DNA of 63,788 nt, counting the filler, from Pseudogymnoascus verrucosus (Eukaryota), in NCBI GenBank assembly GCA_001662655.1. It is 5 parts of 5 records of this genome, joined end to end, with 100 filler letters (N's around TTAATTAATTAA, not from the genome) between each part and the next. Parts side by side here need not be neighbours in the genome. Positions count along the whole stretch, not along the records: positions 40,348 to 52,258 come from KV460307.1; 4 more parts are not named here. One strand, 5' to 3'. This document shows positions 40,407 to 51,437 of this stretch, one piece after another. A program made the translations under genes and the position numbers. The notes beneath the pieces are model-generated. The model was not told where the DNA came from and made no database searches. It saw only the letters and a program-made list of their open reading frames with translations. Numbering within the stretch: the first letter of the stretch is position 1; each line of letters starts with the position of its first letter.

Positions 40407-40525
40407 ACATACAACAGTGGGTATTCGCTGGTGGTCACCTACCTAACTACTAATCCACTGATCTTAAGTTTATGTATAGCAGAGCAGACGGGATGCCTAG
40501 TTCGCTTAAGTGTATGGTTGTATGT
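40407..40525 (-). rRNA. Dispersed 5S rRNA gene (variant or pseudogene)
   Basis: 119 nt ACATACAACCATAC...ATCCCGTCTGCTCT...TAGTAGTTAGGTAGGTGACCACCAGCGAATAC...GTTGTATGT with paired ends, followed by a T run. Confidence 0.9.
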
Positions 40526-40751
40526 GCTAGCTACTCGGTTGCGGAACTATATAGAGGGTGCCTATAGCTACTATACCTACCTACAATAGAAGCGACCATT
40601 ATATCTGTAACATACACATAGTTTGCTATTTACAATCCTACCCGTTCCCCTATTATTGTGATCCGGTATAGATGTGAAAGGTGAAAACTTCGTTCACCTA
40701 TAGGGCTATATGTGTTGACGATTGGCTTATATCTATGTCAAGTTTGATAGA

Positions 40752-42820
40752 TTAAAAGGTGTTATAGCCATTTTCCCACATGGCAAATTGATCAAAACTC
40801 CCTGCATTAAGAGCAGCTTGGAAGAAGTCCTCGTAGCGGTCGTCTATAGACCACGATAGAGAGTCCCATTGATATTCTCCTTGTGCTGGAGGGATGGAGG
40901 TCAGGAGTGGAAGCCCTTGATCTTGGGGAGTGAACTGCGCTTCTGCCTTTTTCGACCCATGACTATTTCGTCGAACGTGAACTTTTCCAAGGAGTGGAAC
41001 CCTCAGTGTTAATTCCTGTAAACCAGAAATCTTGTCATCTTGGAGTAACTTCATCAAAGAGCGAATTGTCGAGGCCCCACACAAGGCGAAGTCAAACCCA
41101 AAAGACTTCCTGGACCTTTCCTCCATGATGTGGATGACTAGCGCAACTGCGCTATTAATCCGCCCGCTTAAACGATCTCGCAGGCTGTAGGACGTGAGAA
41201 TAATAACAACTGTAGCCGTGAATGCTTGTAAATCCAAGGCCTGGGAAATAAAGATGTTCGAAGGTAGCGCTTGACGTAGAAATTGGTAACGTTCCACCGA
41301 AAATTCGCATGCGTCTTTACAGGCCAGGCGGCTGTAAATATACTCATCACCAGTGTCCCGTCGCATTGCAAAGGACAAATGAATCCTCATCTTGACACAG
41401 TAATGTAGAAACTGGACAACATGCTCAGATTGAAGCTTCCCGGAGCTAATAGCCCACCACGACTTTGGGACCTGTGAAACAAGCACATTGAGCTGTCTGT
41501 CGAGTTCTAGCGTCGATGCATATAGCTCAGCATCTCGGTATTGAATTTTCGTGGAGATGTTCATTAATCTGATAAGGTAAGCCCGGGGTTGAATAACACC
41601 ATCGATAGCTAAGGGCGGGGAATATGACTGCTGGTATTGACTAGCACATGGGAGATTAACTATCATCCCAAACAGGCCTTCAGCAGAACATAGCGATTCC
41701 CACATCTGAGCTCTTTGGAGCTGCGTCTCGTCGTTGTCTCGTCCAGTAGATCCGTTAAGCTGATACGCTTCGGATGACCTCGGCAGTCCCATAAGCTCCG
41801 CAATCGATATATAATGCCGTAATTTGAGCCATCCCTTTTGGAAATTGCCATGGCTAATTTGGCTATATTTGCCGTTAGTTTTGCCTAGGGAGGATGTCAA
41901 TAGCTCACAGTCGACAAAAATTTAAGGCCATTCCAAGGCCCGCAAGTGTGCATATCAATCCGTCATGAGATAGAATCGTGCTCTCCACTCTGTCAGACAC
42001 TGCTCGGGAAAAGCTTAGGTGGCTGGCGTTTGGCATCTCTTGAATAGCAATAGCAATGGTAAGGAGCCATGAGCCAAGACAGATGGCGTCAGCGTCTGGC
42101 TTGTGCATCTCGTCATAGAGTTCGACCATTTCGCGTCCAGATTCTATCGCGAATGGTTGGGGAAGCAGGGCAACTATCAGTCCAAGCCACTTAGATGCTG
42201 ACCTGGCAACCTCGATAACCTCGTCTTTTTGTGGAATCAACTTCTGCAGCTCATGCCTTGCTGCATCTAGTAAATGTACAGAGGCCTTTGCCTTGCGATC
42301 CTGCAGCTGTTCATTCTGCTGACGAGTATCTACACTCAGCCAGTCGTTTTGAAAGAGCGAACGAAGATGCGATGGTGGGTCTGCAGTGATGATTACGTCT
42401 GAGACGCTTGAATCATCGTCGGAGTCATCATCCACCCTGGAACTTGGAGAGTGGGCAGGTTTCGGTATTTGAGTAGGCTGATGCCCAATACTCAGCCCAA
42501 TATCATGAACAATCTTGCTCAGACCAGCAACTTGTGATTCTAATTGGGATATGCGATATCGTGACGACACTCTTTGTGCGTTTCGAGGTCGAGAACTATA
42601 TAGCTGTGCAATACAGGTCGATCCTCGTTCTTCACACCTCCGGCAGGTTGGCGCATCCTCCGGGCTGCGGATGCAACGGACTTTACGGCGTCTGCCTGTT
42701 TTTATGCATCAGAATAGGTGGTTGTCTGGCAAGTTACACAAGGGTGTGATCTCTTCACTTACACTCGGTACAACTTACAGTCCCTTTCCGACAATTCGCC
42801 CGCGTTCGGTCCTCCGACAT
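40752..42820 (-). CDS. Zn(II)2Cys6 transcription factor
   Basis: RKGTVSCTEC-(intron)-RRRKVRC...CRRCEERGSTC, a coiled segment RISQLESQV and a middle-homology-like region; two introns. Confidence 0.88.
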
Positions 42821-43411
42821 AGTTACATCTGTCAAATATTCCGCTTTGTATCTACATAAATAGCAATTTTGCAATGGTAGACAGTAAGACAGGAACGAGG
42901 ACGTTGGACAACGGACGGAAGAAGAACAGATTTTAGAAGGTTCGATGCGCGGGGCGGTCTCCACGGACGACTCTCGGCTCCGCGGCTCTCTGTTTCGTCC
43001 GCCCGTCCCGCAGCCGACCCTGAAAATGTGGATAGAGCAGGCCATCAAGCATTCTAATTGGTCTTTCTTGACGGTCTGGCGTCATCCCCGTCGCCGATGC
43101 CCACCTAGGCAAAAGACGATCGCCAGCCAAGTCTATATAACCGATTGGTATTTTCTTAGGTAGGAGCTTCGTGCTCAACTCAATACAGTATCTTCACATA
43201 CTAGTAACGTGCATACTTGAGAATGAAGCCTTCGTATTACTTTAATCCATGTCGGAAAACCCAAACCCAACTCTCAAGACCCCTTCCACCATAGAGCAGT
43301 CTACGAAACATTACATATAGCTTCATAGCCACTATCTAAATCTTCATCATCCTTCGCCTATAGCAGACTAGATCAGGGTGGAGTTGACTAGGTTTACACT
43401 TATATCCCATG

Positions 43412-45312
43412 TTAGGAGCATTTGCTGTTTTCCGCAGAACGGTTCGCATAGTTCAACCCATGCCCAAATTTGAAAACAGGGCTTTTTGTGTCGAATGGCA
43501 CATCCTCCATCTGCGCTTCAACAGCCTCCATGGACCTTGGCAGATCAAAAGGCAGCTTGCCGTCAGGCGCGCTTATGCCGAACACAACGTCTAGAAATGC
43601 CTGGCTGTCGCTCCCGAAACTCGCGAAGACAGCCTCAGCCTGTTTAATAACCTCCGGAATCACGGCGGGCCGATCCATAGCGATATCCACAATAGTCGGT
43701 ACAGTTGAATATATCTTAGACTGACGAGCCTTCTCTGTTTCATTAAATGCAAGCGAGCCAGCATGGAACGCAGACTCGAATTGGCCGGGGCGAGGCTCGT
43801 AGGGTGCTTTATATCGGAGAAGGGCGTAATCAGCTTGCTCCGGGGTATCAACAACCTCATAGTTCCGTACATCCATAAAAGTAGTGTTGAAACCTTCAAT
43901 ATAAAACTTTGTGCCGTTGTTAAGCTGCCGGAATGGAAGAATATTTCTCTTGTTGCTGAGAAGGGTGTATGATTTCCTCTGAGCCTCTCTGCCCAGACGG
44001 ACAAAGTAATCATTTCCAACAATCCGACCAGCAGCCCCAGGATCGACGAAAGGATTTTCGAAGAGACCGAGGGTGAACTTCTCTCTTAGAGGTCGACGAA
44101 CGGAAATATTGATGCGCTTCTCCGATATGATGCCTTCTCGGACAAGTTGAACGACCAGTTCGGGGCGATCCTCGCCGCCAAACTGGTCACAACCGGCTTC
44201 AATAATTCTTGCTGCCCGCTCGACCTCAGTGAGATTTTCAACGCCCCAAGCTCGAGCAGGAAAAGGTTCTCCTCTAATAGAACCGTCTGTAATAAGCCCC
44301 CAGTCTGTCAGTACAATGCCCTCGAATCCAAGCTCGCCGCAAAGTAAATCGGTCACAATTCCCTTGTTGAAGGCGAAGCCGACGGCGTCGTAGTCTGTGC
44401 CAATGGGTCGCGAGTAATATGGCATGATTTCAGTTACACCAGCAGCGATAGCTGCCTTGAACGGTTTTAGATGCTCTTCAAAGTTATTGCCAGGATAAGT
44501 TTGGTTCTTGCCGTAAGCGAAGTGAGAGTCCTCGCCATTTTCCATGGCTCCACCTCCGGGAAAGTGTCTAGTGACTGTCTTAACAGATTGAGGACCGAGC
44601 TTATCCCCTTGGAAGCCCTTGATATATTCTGCGATCAACTCACTGGTCAACGTACTATCCTCTCCCTAAGTATTACCAATACGGGCCCACCGTGGCTCTG
44701 TCGAGAGATCGACTTGCGGGTGTAGCGCACTACGAATTCCAACAGCCACATATTCCTCCCTTGCGATTTCAGCAAACCTTCTCACCAGGGCGGTATCCCG
44801 AAGCGCAGCAAGGCCAAGGCTCTTCGGCCACTGAGAGAAAACACCGGCGTTGAAACCAGTACCAACGTCCTCGGTGAAAGCATGGCGAGGATCAGACGAC
44901 ACTGTGATGGGAATGCCTAGCCGGGACTGCAATGCTCGCTTCTAAATAAGATTCATAAACTAGGCAGTCTCTGTAGCATTGGTAATATCACCAGCGAGGT
45001 TGAAGTGAGTCATATATTTTTCGCTAATCATGGTGCTGGTGCTGTTGAGCGTGGTGCCGGCAGACCCTTCTTGGTCGAGAGGACCTTGGAAAATCATAGC
45101 CTAGAAGAGCTGGCCGGCCTTCTCCTTAATAGTCATGCGATCTAGGAGATCTTTGACGCGCTCATCGATACAATAGGATGCGTTTTGTAGATTGGAGGAC
45201 TCTAGTCACGTCTCGACAAGGAATGAATTTCCGATTCATAGCTCGTGACGGACAGGGTAAGGCACCCTAAAGCCAGAGTTATTAGGATTACTACCACAGA
45301 ATCAACCCGCAT
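43412..45312 (-). pseudogene. Secreted GH3 beta-glucosidase pseudogene
   Basis: GH3 motifs RHFPGGG, IMPYY, FEGIVLTDW, GKLPFDLP. In-frame TAG at 45202, 45101, 44960, 44942 and 44666, plus an apparent 1-nt deletion near 45185. Confidence 0.88.
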
Positions 45313-46233
45313 GGTAAACACGATTAAGGAGTCAGGGTTTCTTGGGTAAATGACTGAACCTGCAGAAGTTTGATTTTATTTGGGGTTGCATACCTAAATA
45401 TTTATATCAGAGCCTTCAGTTATAGCTACTTCTTAGCAAGAAATATCGAGGCAGCCAGGGGACATGCACTCCGCAAACTCCGTCTTGTAACTACACTAAC
45501 AATCAACTATCGACCCCGCGTGAGGAGTACAACCTCGGGTTAAGGGAATACCGTGCTAGACCACTCGAATAGAACCGAGATTGGGGTCATATAGGGGTGC
45601 TAAGAATGTCGGCGCTCAAACCAGGATAGTAGGTATTGCTCTGTAGGATCACCGCTACGCGGTGGGCGGATACAGTCAGAAGTTGCCTCTNNNNNNNNNN
45701 NNNNNNNNNNNNNNNNTCAAGGACTGAATAGAGGAGGAATTTCGCCCAGGAACGCAAATACAAATGGCATATAAAAGCTGGTCAGTGAGGCACAAGGAGC
45801 AGTGCCCGGTTCAGTCTCCCCCATATTTCTCCGCAACTAATCACTAAGTGCACCTAGGCACTCACCCCACAACACGGATTCACTGCCTAAGCAAAAGCGG
45901 CGCCATGTCGGACCGAAAGGGAAGTTTTAAAGGTTTTAGCGCAGAGTAATATGATAGTAACGCAACAGGCCGCCATATGATATCGATTCTTTTAGGTGTC
46001 TTGCCGCAAAAAGACCCAAGATTCTGTAGATTTGCCCATTCGCTCAAAGACCCCTCACACAAAATCATATTTACCATACGGGTTAATTCCGTGGTGGCAC
46101 CTGTGACAGATGTGCCTTGCTCTGTCCGTCAAGAGCGAGCGCACCAATATCCAACCAGTTTTGTCGCCAGTTGTGCAGAAAGCATCGAGATATGTTGGAG
46201 CCGAATCTGGCTCCTTCGCAGGCATTTCTCTAG

Positions 46234-46730
46234 CTCAATCCTCCCAGATGTTCATCTTTTCTCGGCTTCTGTTTCATGCAACTGCTCCATCATCGATATT
46301 AGCTGTGAATCAGACTCTTTCGGTATGTCTTCCTCTCGTCCTGCCTTTTCAGGCTCTGGAATAAGATCCAACAATTCTATCGGGACTTCTTGCTTCGCTT
46401 TCAACATTGCGGCAACTTGATTTTCACTGTGCGAGCTCAGCTTTCCATGTTTGGACTACATGGATATGACATTCTTNNNNNNNNNNNNNNNNNNNNNNNN
46501 NNNNNNNNNNNNNNNNNNNNNNNNNNNNNNNNNNNNNNNNNNNNNNNNNNNNNNNNNNNNNNNNNNNNNNNNNNNNNNNNNNNNNNNNNNNNNNNNNNNN
46601 NNGACTAACCTATTATCAGTTCCACCAAAAAACGAATCCCACTCTCGTGCAGAGGGGCTCGAGTGGTGTTTTGCTTGCCACTGCAGCAATCGTAGTTTAT
46701 ACGGGTTCTGTCGTAGGAATTTAGGGCCAT
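46234..46730 (-). mobile_element. Possible pogo/Fot1-like DDE transposase C-terminal remnant
   Basis: Fragments LQWQAK..SSPSAREWDSF.GGT and VPIELLDLIPEPEK resemble, from memory, fungal pogo transposase tails. Interrupted by stops and an N gap; no TIRs identified. Confidence 0.4.
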
Positions 46731-46934
46731 AGCTACATTAGCCGTCACATCGTCGCTCCCTGTTTGACTAAAGTGCATATGTAAAGAATCAATTTGAGGG
46801 CAATTAGGAGGTACAGTATTTCCTCGGCTATGTAAGACTGTGTTATGCACAGCCTTCGCTTTCGCTGACCACCTGCAAGGGCGGCCTGCGAGAACACAGA
46901 TGATTATCATGCTTTCCCCGACAATGCCACCCAA

Positions 46935-47585
46935 TTACTTGTAACAGCTTTCAGAAACAGCCATGATCCAGCTCCTGAACTCAATGGCCAGATGCTCAGT
47001 ATGTTCGTCAAAGAGAATCTGAGGCGATGCAGCCGGGAATATTATCCGAATTCTGAAGTCGCACCCATGTTCTGTGTCTCTAAGCTCCTGGAAACCATAG
47101 AAGAAGACGGTACCATCATCTAGATAACAAGTTACCGGGAGCTTTTTGTCGTATGTAGAGTCGCCATAATCCCGCACAAATTGCGGTACTTCGACAGTGT
47201 TGTCGATGCGTACACGGCAAATGTGCTCCCCGATAGTTTCGACGATACCAATCGGATACGGGCCGAGGGCATAATGCTCCGGATGGGCTGGCGCCATGAT
47301 GTCAAGGTAAAAGCGCCTTATGCCTTCTGGAGTCTCNNNNNNNNNNNNNNNNNNNNNNNNNNNNNNNNNNCCGTTTGACTTAGCAATGAGGCTTTTAAAG
47401 TAGGTGTCGCCTTCCTCTATCTGCCTCGCAAGAAGGTCGAGCATCGGTTGCCCTTCAAGCAGAGTTTTCAGATTTTGAAGAGCTCGCCGTGCAGCCTTCA
47501 GCTCCCAAGCATCGATTTCTCCAGTGGAAAGTTTTTGGCCACCAGGAAGGGAACATTGAAGAGAGATCCCAGGCTGATAATTCAT
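46935..47585 (-). CDS. Uncharacterised protein, paralog A (HPEH / ETIG / HxxxE motifs)
   Basis: ATG-to-stop ORF with an internal N gap; colinear similarity to 50503-51192. Confidence 0.8.
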   Translation of the reverse strand: MNYQPGISLQCSLPGGQKLSTGEIDAWELKAARRALQNLKTLLEGQPMLDLLARQIEEGDTYFKSLIAKSNXXXXXXXXXXXXETPEGIRRFYLDIMAPAHPEHYALGPYPIGIVETIGEHICRVRIDNTVEVPQFVRDYGDSTYDKKLPVTCYLDDGTVFFYGFQELRDTEHGCDFRIRIIFPAASPQILFDEHTEHLAIEFRSWIMAVSESCYK

Positions 47586-47868
47586 TTTGCGTGGTGCTTC
47601 TGAAGATTGATTTCTAGCTGCGGTAAGACCAAGATATTTCAGCGTGTGACCCTTTGATTTGTCCTCTTCAAGTAATGGGATATCTCAAAGGCTTATAAAT
47701 GAATATACTATCTTCTGATCGTAGACACAGTTATATTCATGCATTCGGTTCGCTGTTAAAGCTAAAGCCGAGCTCGACGTCCATTTTACCCCACAAATCA
47801 GTTTTGCGTTTCCTCTGCCTCAAGACTGCTCCGGAACATGGTGCTACAATAAGTTCCGGCGCTAGAAG

Positions 47869-48018
47869 TATCAAACAAGCCGGCATATATGAATATTTTT
47901 TGTCCGCTCCGTAGAAGCTTAGGCCAAGGTGGCTGCGGGGACGGTGGCTTATCAAACAAGTCGGTCTATATGAACATTTTTCGTCCGCTCCGTAGACCGC
48001 TTAGGCCAAGACGGTTGC
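47869..48018. promoter_or_regulatory. About 68-bp direct repeat (2 copies) in the divergent promoter, rich in CGG/CCG triplets
   Basis: TATCAAACAAG.CGG..TATATGAA.ATTTTT.GTCCGCTCCGTAGA..CTTAGGCCAAG at 47869 and 47950. Confidence 0.7.
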
Positions 48019-48331
48019 AGCTCTCGGTCTAAAAATCGGCCGGGTTCCGAAATTGCCAAAGAAGATCACGATGACGAGGTGACTGATACCGCTCCGACTA
48101 CGTTTCGGCCCCAAGCCTGATCGCAGCAAGAAGTACGTGACTAAGAATCTGTGGTTCATAGCCACTAGCCCTTGCAATCATGTCTGAAAACGATTAGCTA
48201 TTTTTGAGGTTGCTGTAATACATAATGGGGTTAGGTACCCACGGTATCAGACGTATCACAGTGTTAAGAACGACATAAACCAAGGCGATTGATCATTCAT
48301 CTCACTTCCTCTTAAACGGAATAAAAAAACA

Positions 48332-50117
48332 ATGTCTACAACAGAAAAGCTCAAATCCCGGTTTCCGGATCTCAATTTTGTCAAACCCATTGAAGTCAAA
48401 AACCATCCTAGATACAAGCCATATAATGTCGAATTCAAACCAGAGCATGTGGTGCTACCCAAAGGCCATGTCAAGGAGGACGGGAGAAGGAAGATGCTCG
48501 TCGATAGCGTCCTTGAGCGCGACACAAAGATTCCCCTACGGGACGGACTACACGTATACGGTGACNNNNNNNNNNNNNNNNNNNNNNNNNNNNNNNNNNN
48601 NNNNNNNNNNNTGGACATCTGGATACGAAACTTTTGAGGGCCTGGACCCTGCAGACTGGTGTAGGCGGGGGTATGCAGTCGTGAACGTGGATGCTCGTGG
48701 GTGCCAGTTCTCGGAGGGCACTTATTTCTTCTGGGGAGAACAAGAGGCCGAGGACATTCACGACACTATCGACTTCTTATCCAAGCAGCCTTGGTGTAAC
48801 GGTTCCATATGCATGGGAGGAAACTCTTACCTGGCAAAAGCCCAAGTCAACTACGCCTCTAAACAGTCCCATCCTGCCTTGAAGGCCTTGGCTCCATGGG
48901 AAGGATTCACCGACATATATCGGCAGCTCTTTCGTCGTGGCGGGTTTGCCATGCACAACATCTTCGCAGCCGGCTATCAGTGGGCCGTAGCTGGCAAGCA
49001 CGAAGTTGAAGACATAGCGAAGATGATCAAGACTCGACCATTCTTTGACGATTACTGGGCCGATAAGTACGATGAAGTATCCAAAATCGATGTGCCACTC
49101 TACGTGCTAGCATCTTTTAACAACCCGTTCCATGTTCAGGGGTCATTTGACACGTTTCGCCACGCACGTTCAACGAAGAAGTGGATGCGAGTTCACAGCT
49201 CCTTTGAGTGGTATGAGATGTACGAGCCCAAGTCGAACAACGACCTGCAGAGATTCTTCGATCGCTATTGCAAAGGAATAATGAATGGTTGGGAGTCAGA
49301 TACTCCCCCAGTACGACTGTCTATCTATGGAGTTGGGTCCGTTCCAAATGTTGTCGAGAGACCAGAGACCGAGTTTCCACTAGCCCGACAACGACTGGAG
49401 ACGTTCTATCTTGACGCTGCGACCAAAACCCTTCACAGCTCTCGCAGGGACAGCGAATCCTCTATCTCACACGAGAGCCATGGCTTTGATGCTCCTTCAT
49501 CTGTAAGTTCTGCAGCATCTATAATTGAAACGTTTTTATTATTCACCAAGCTAACAAATCTTTTACAGGACTTCATCGTCAAGTTCAGCGAATATACCGA
49601 AGTTGCCGGTTACGCCAAGGTCCGCCTCTGGATGTCCTGCAAAGAGAAAGATGATATGGACGTTGTCGTTCAACTTCGGAAGATCGACAACAAGGGGAAC
49701 CTTCTTGCAGGACTCAATTTCCCAGCTCCAGTGCCAGAAAGCGAGGCGCCGGAAGCCGAAACAGCTAAGACTTATGGCCCCCAGGGGTTTCTGCGAGCGT
49801 CAGCAGCAGCATCTCGCGACAAGGCACGGTCGAGTCCCGATGGACAAGAAGTCTTCTATAGACATGATCGTGAGGATAAGATTGCACCGGGGACTGTTGT
49901 CCCCCTGGATATCACCTTGTGGCCTATGGGAATGGTTTTCGCGGCTGGTGAAGGAATCATGCTTCGAATCGCTGGACATTTCCTTAGCGCGCCTGTCGTT
50001 GAGGCGATGAAGCCTAAGGCGACTGATGACGAGAATATAGGCCAGCACCATATTCACACAGGAGGGAAGTATGATTCTAGTCTTATACTTCCCGTTGTTG
50101 GGATTAGTAGGGCGTGA
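48332..50117 (+). CDS. CocE/NonD-family alpha/beta serine hydrolase (peptidase S15 / PepX_C type)
   Basis: GYAVVNVDARG, QPWCNG, nucleophile elbow GNSYLA, LKALAPWEG, C-terminal HTGGKYDS. In-frame 66-nt intron 49503-49568; N gap at 48566-48611. Confidence 0.92.
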
Positions 50118-50502
50118 GCTGAAAAACGAGAGTGGCCGAGAATTCTCTAGATTAAATTGAAAACATTAGTTTTTGCTAAAATGTAGAAAACAATGTTAGG
50201 CGAGATTAGGTCATATTACTCACATAATGGTGTGCATTTGTCGTATATTAGTGTATCTGCTAAAAGCTGGGCGTATATAGTGTGTCGCAGAGTTAGTAGT
50301 TAAGTTAATTCTTAATGGCCGTTACATAGGGTGAGGGTTAGGTGGCAGAAGCGTGGGATGGGCGAGAAAGATGAACGGGATACGACGGGTGATTATGCAG
50401 TTAACGTAGAGGGAGGAAATTGTTTTCTATTTATAATTTTATGCCTTCTACCTTGATGTTTCCTGAAATAGACACCCATCCAACATCAACCCTTGAACTC
50501 GT

Positions 50503-51192
50503 TTATACCAACTTTAAAGCCTCATAGGCTTGTTTGGACCAGTTGCTGAACTCGACAAGCAAATGCTGGCGATGGCACTCAACAACATCCTCACCGCAAG
50601 CCGCCGGGAAATAGATCGCAAGGTCGACATCGAAGCCTTGACCGTCTGCGTGGTCCTTGAACTGGTGGTACAGCTCTATGATTTGGATACCTCCTTCAAT
50701 AAAGCCTCGGCCAGTCATTTTGGTGGTAAAGGTCGGGTCGTCTTCAACAAAATCGGCACGGACCACATCGAAGCTAAGCGAAAACAGAGTTGGCTTCTCG
50801 CCTAAAGTTTCCAACACGGTCATTGTCCCTGGCTCTGTTCCAGGGCGAACGACCCAATGTTCAGGGTGAGCAGCAAGCTTTTCCTGCTCTGGCAGCATGC
50901 CGCCTTCTGTGGGAAGGAACCAGTTGATGAAGTCCCTTGAGGTGAGCCCTCGTGGAGAGAGTACGATGCGCGCTGCCTTCCACTCCCCATTTGAGTCGGC
51001 AGAGACCTTCCTCCAGAATTTGGTGCTAGCGGCCGTTTCGTCGCGAAGGAGGTCAATCAGGCCATCTTCGCCTAGCAGGCGTCGGACCAACATCATCGAC
51101 CGACGTGCGAATGCCGCTTCGAGGTCTTTAGTCTCGCGCTTTGCATCTGGTCCTTGCCGTATGTCGATGGTGAAGGGGGTAGAAGGCATCAT
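50503..51192 (-). CDS. Uncharacterised protein, paralog B (HPEH / ETLG / HxxxE motifs)
   Basis: Intact intronless 229-aa ORF; colinear similarity to 46935-47585. Confidence 0.85.
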   Translation of the reverse strand: MMPSTPFTIDIRQGPDAKRETKDLEAAFARRSMMLVRRLLGEDGLIDLLRDETAASTKFWRKVSADSNGEWKAARIVLSPRGLTSRDFINWFLPTEGGMLPEQEKLAAHPEHWVVRPGTEPGTMTVLETLGEKPTLFSLSFDVVRADFVEDDPTFTTKMTGRGFIEGGIQIIELYHQFKDHADGQGFDVDLAIYFPAACGEDVVECHRQHLLVEFSNWSKQAYEALKLV

Positions 51193-51380
51193 GTCAAGGG
51201 ATATGATCGAAAAACACGGGATTTTGGGTACAGTTGACTATATGCTCTGTAGAGAGTAACTCAACTGCTTCGTACGGAATGCTTCCCCATCTTAACCTAG
51301 ACCGAAGAAGCATGTGGGCCTTTGCAAGATTACGAATATTCCGCGTCGGACGACGTAGGTCAGTCCTCGCCGGTTATGCT

Positions 51381-51437
51381 TTAGACCGCGGACGAAAACT
51401 TAGACCGCGGACGAAGTTTTAGACCGCGGACGAAAAC
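51381..51437. promoter_or_regulatory. 19-bp tandem repeat x3, TTAGACCGCGGACGAAAAC, upstream of paralog B
   Basis: Copies start at 51381, 51400 and 51419, about 190 bp upstream of the ATG. Confidence 0.75.

Noticed and set aside
44666..45204. TAG readthrough or A-to-I editing rescue of the GH3 gene
   Set aside because: Several stops sit at probable Gln rather than Trp positions, and there is also a frameshift; decay is the simpler explanation.
48332..48637. Apparent frameshifts in the CocE gene, and in the F-box, GLS2 and PAF-AH genes
   Set aside because: Each frame change coincides with an N gap of estimated length, so it is not evidence of pseudogenisation or recoding.
51381..51437. Short repeats as a CRISPR array
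   Set aside because: Head-to-tail with no unique spacers, eukaryotic context, no cas genes.
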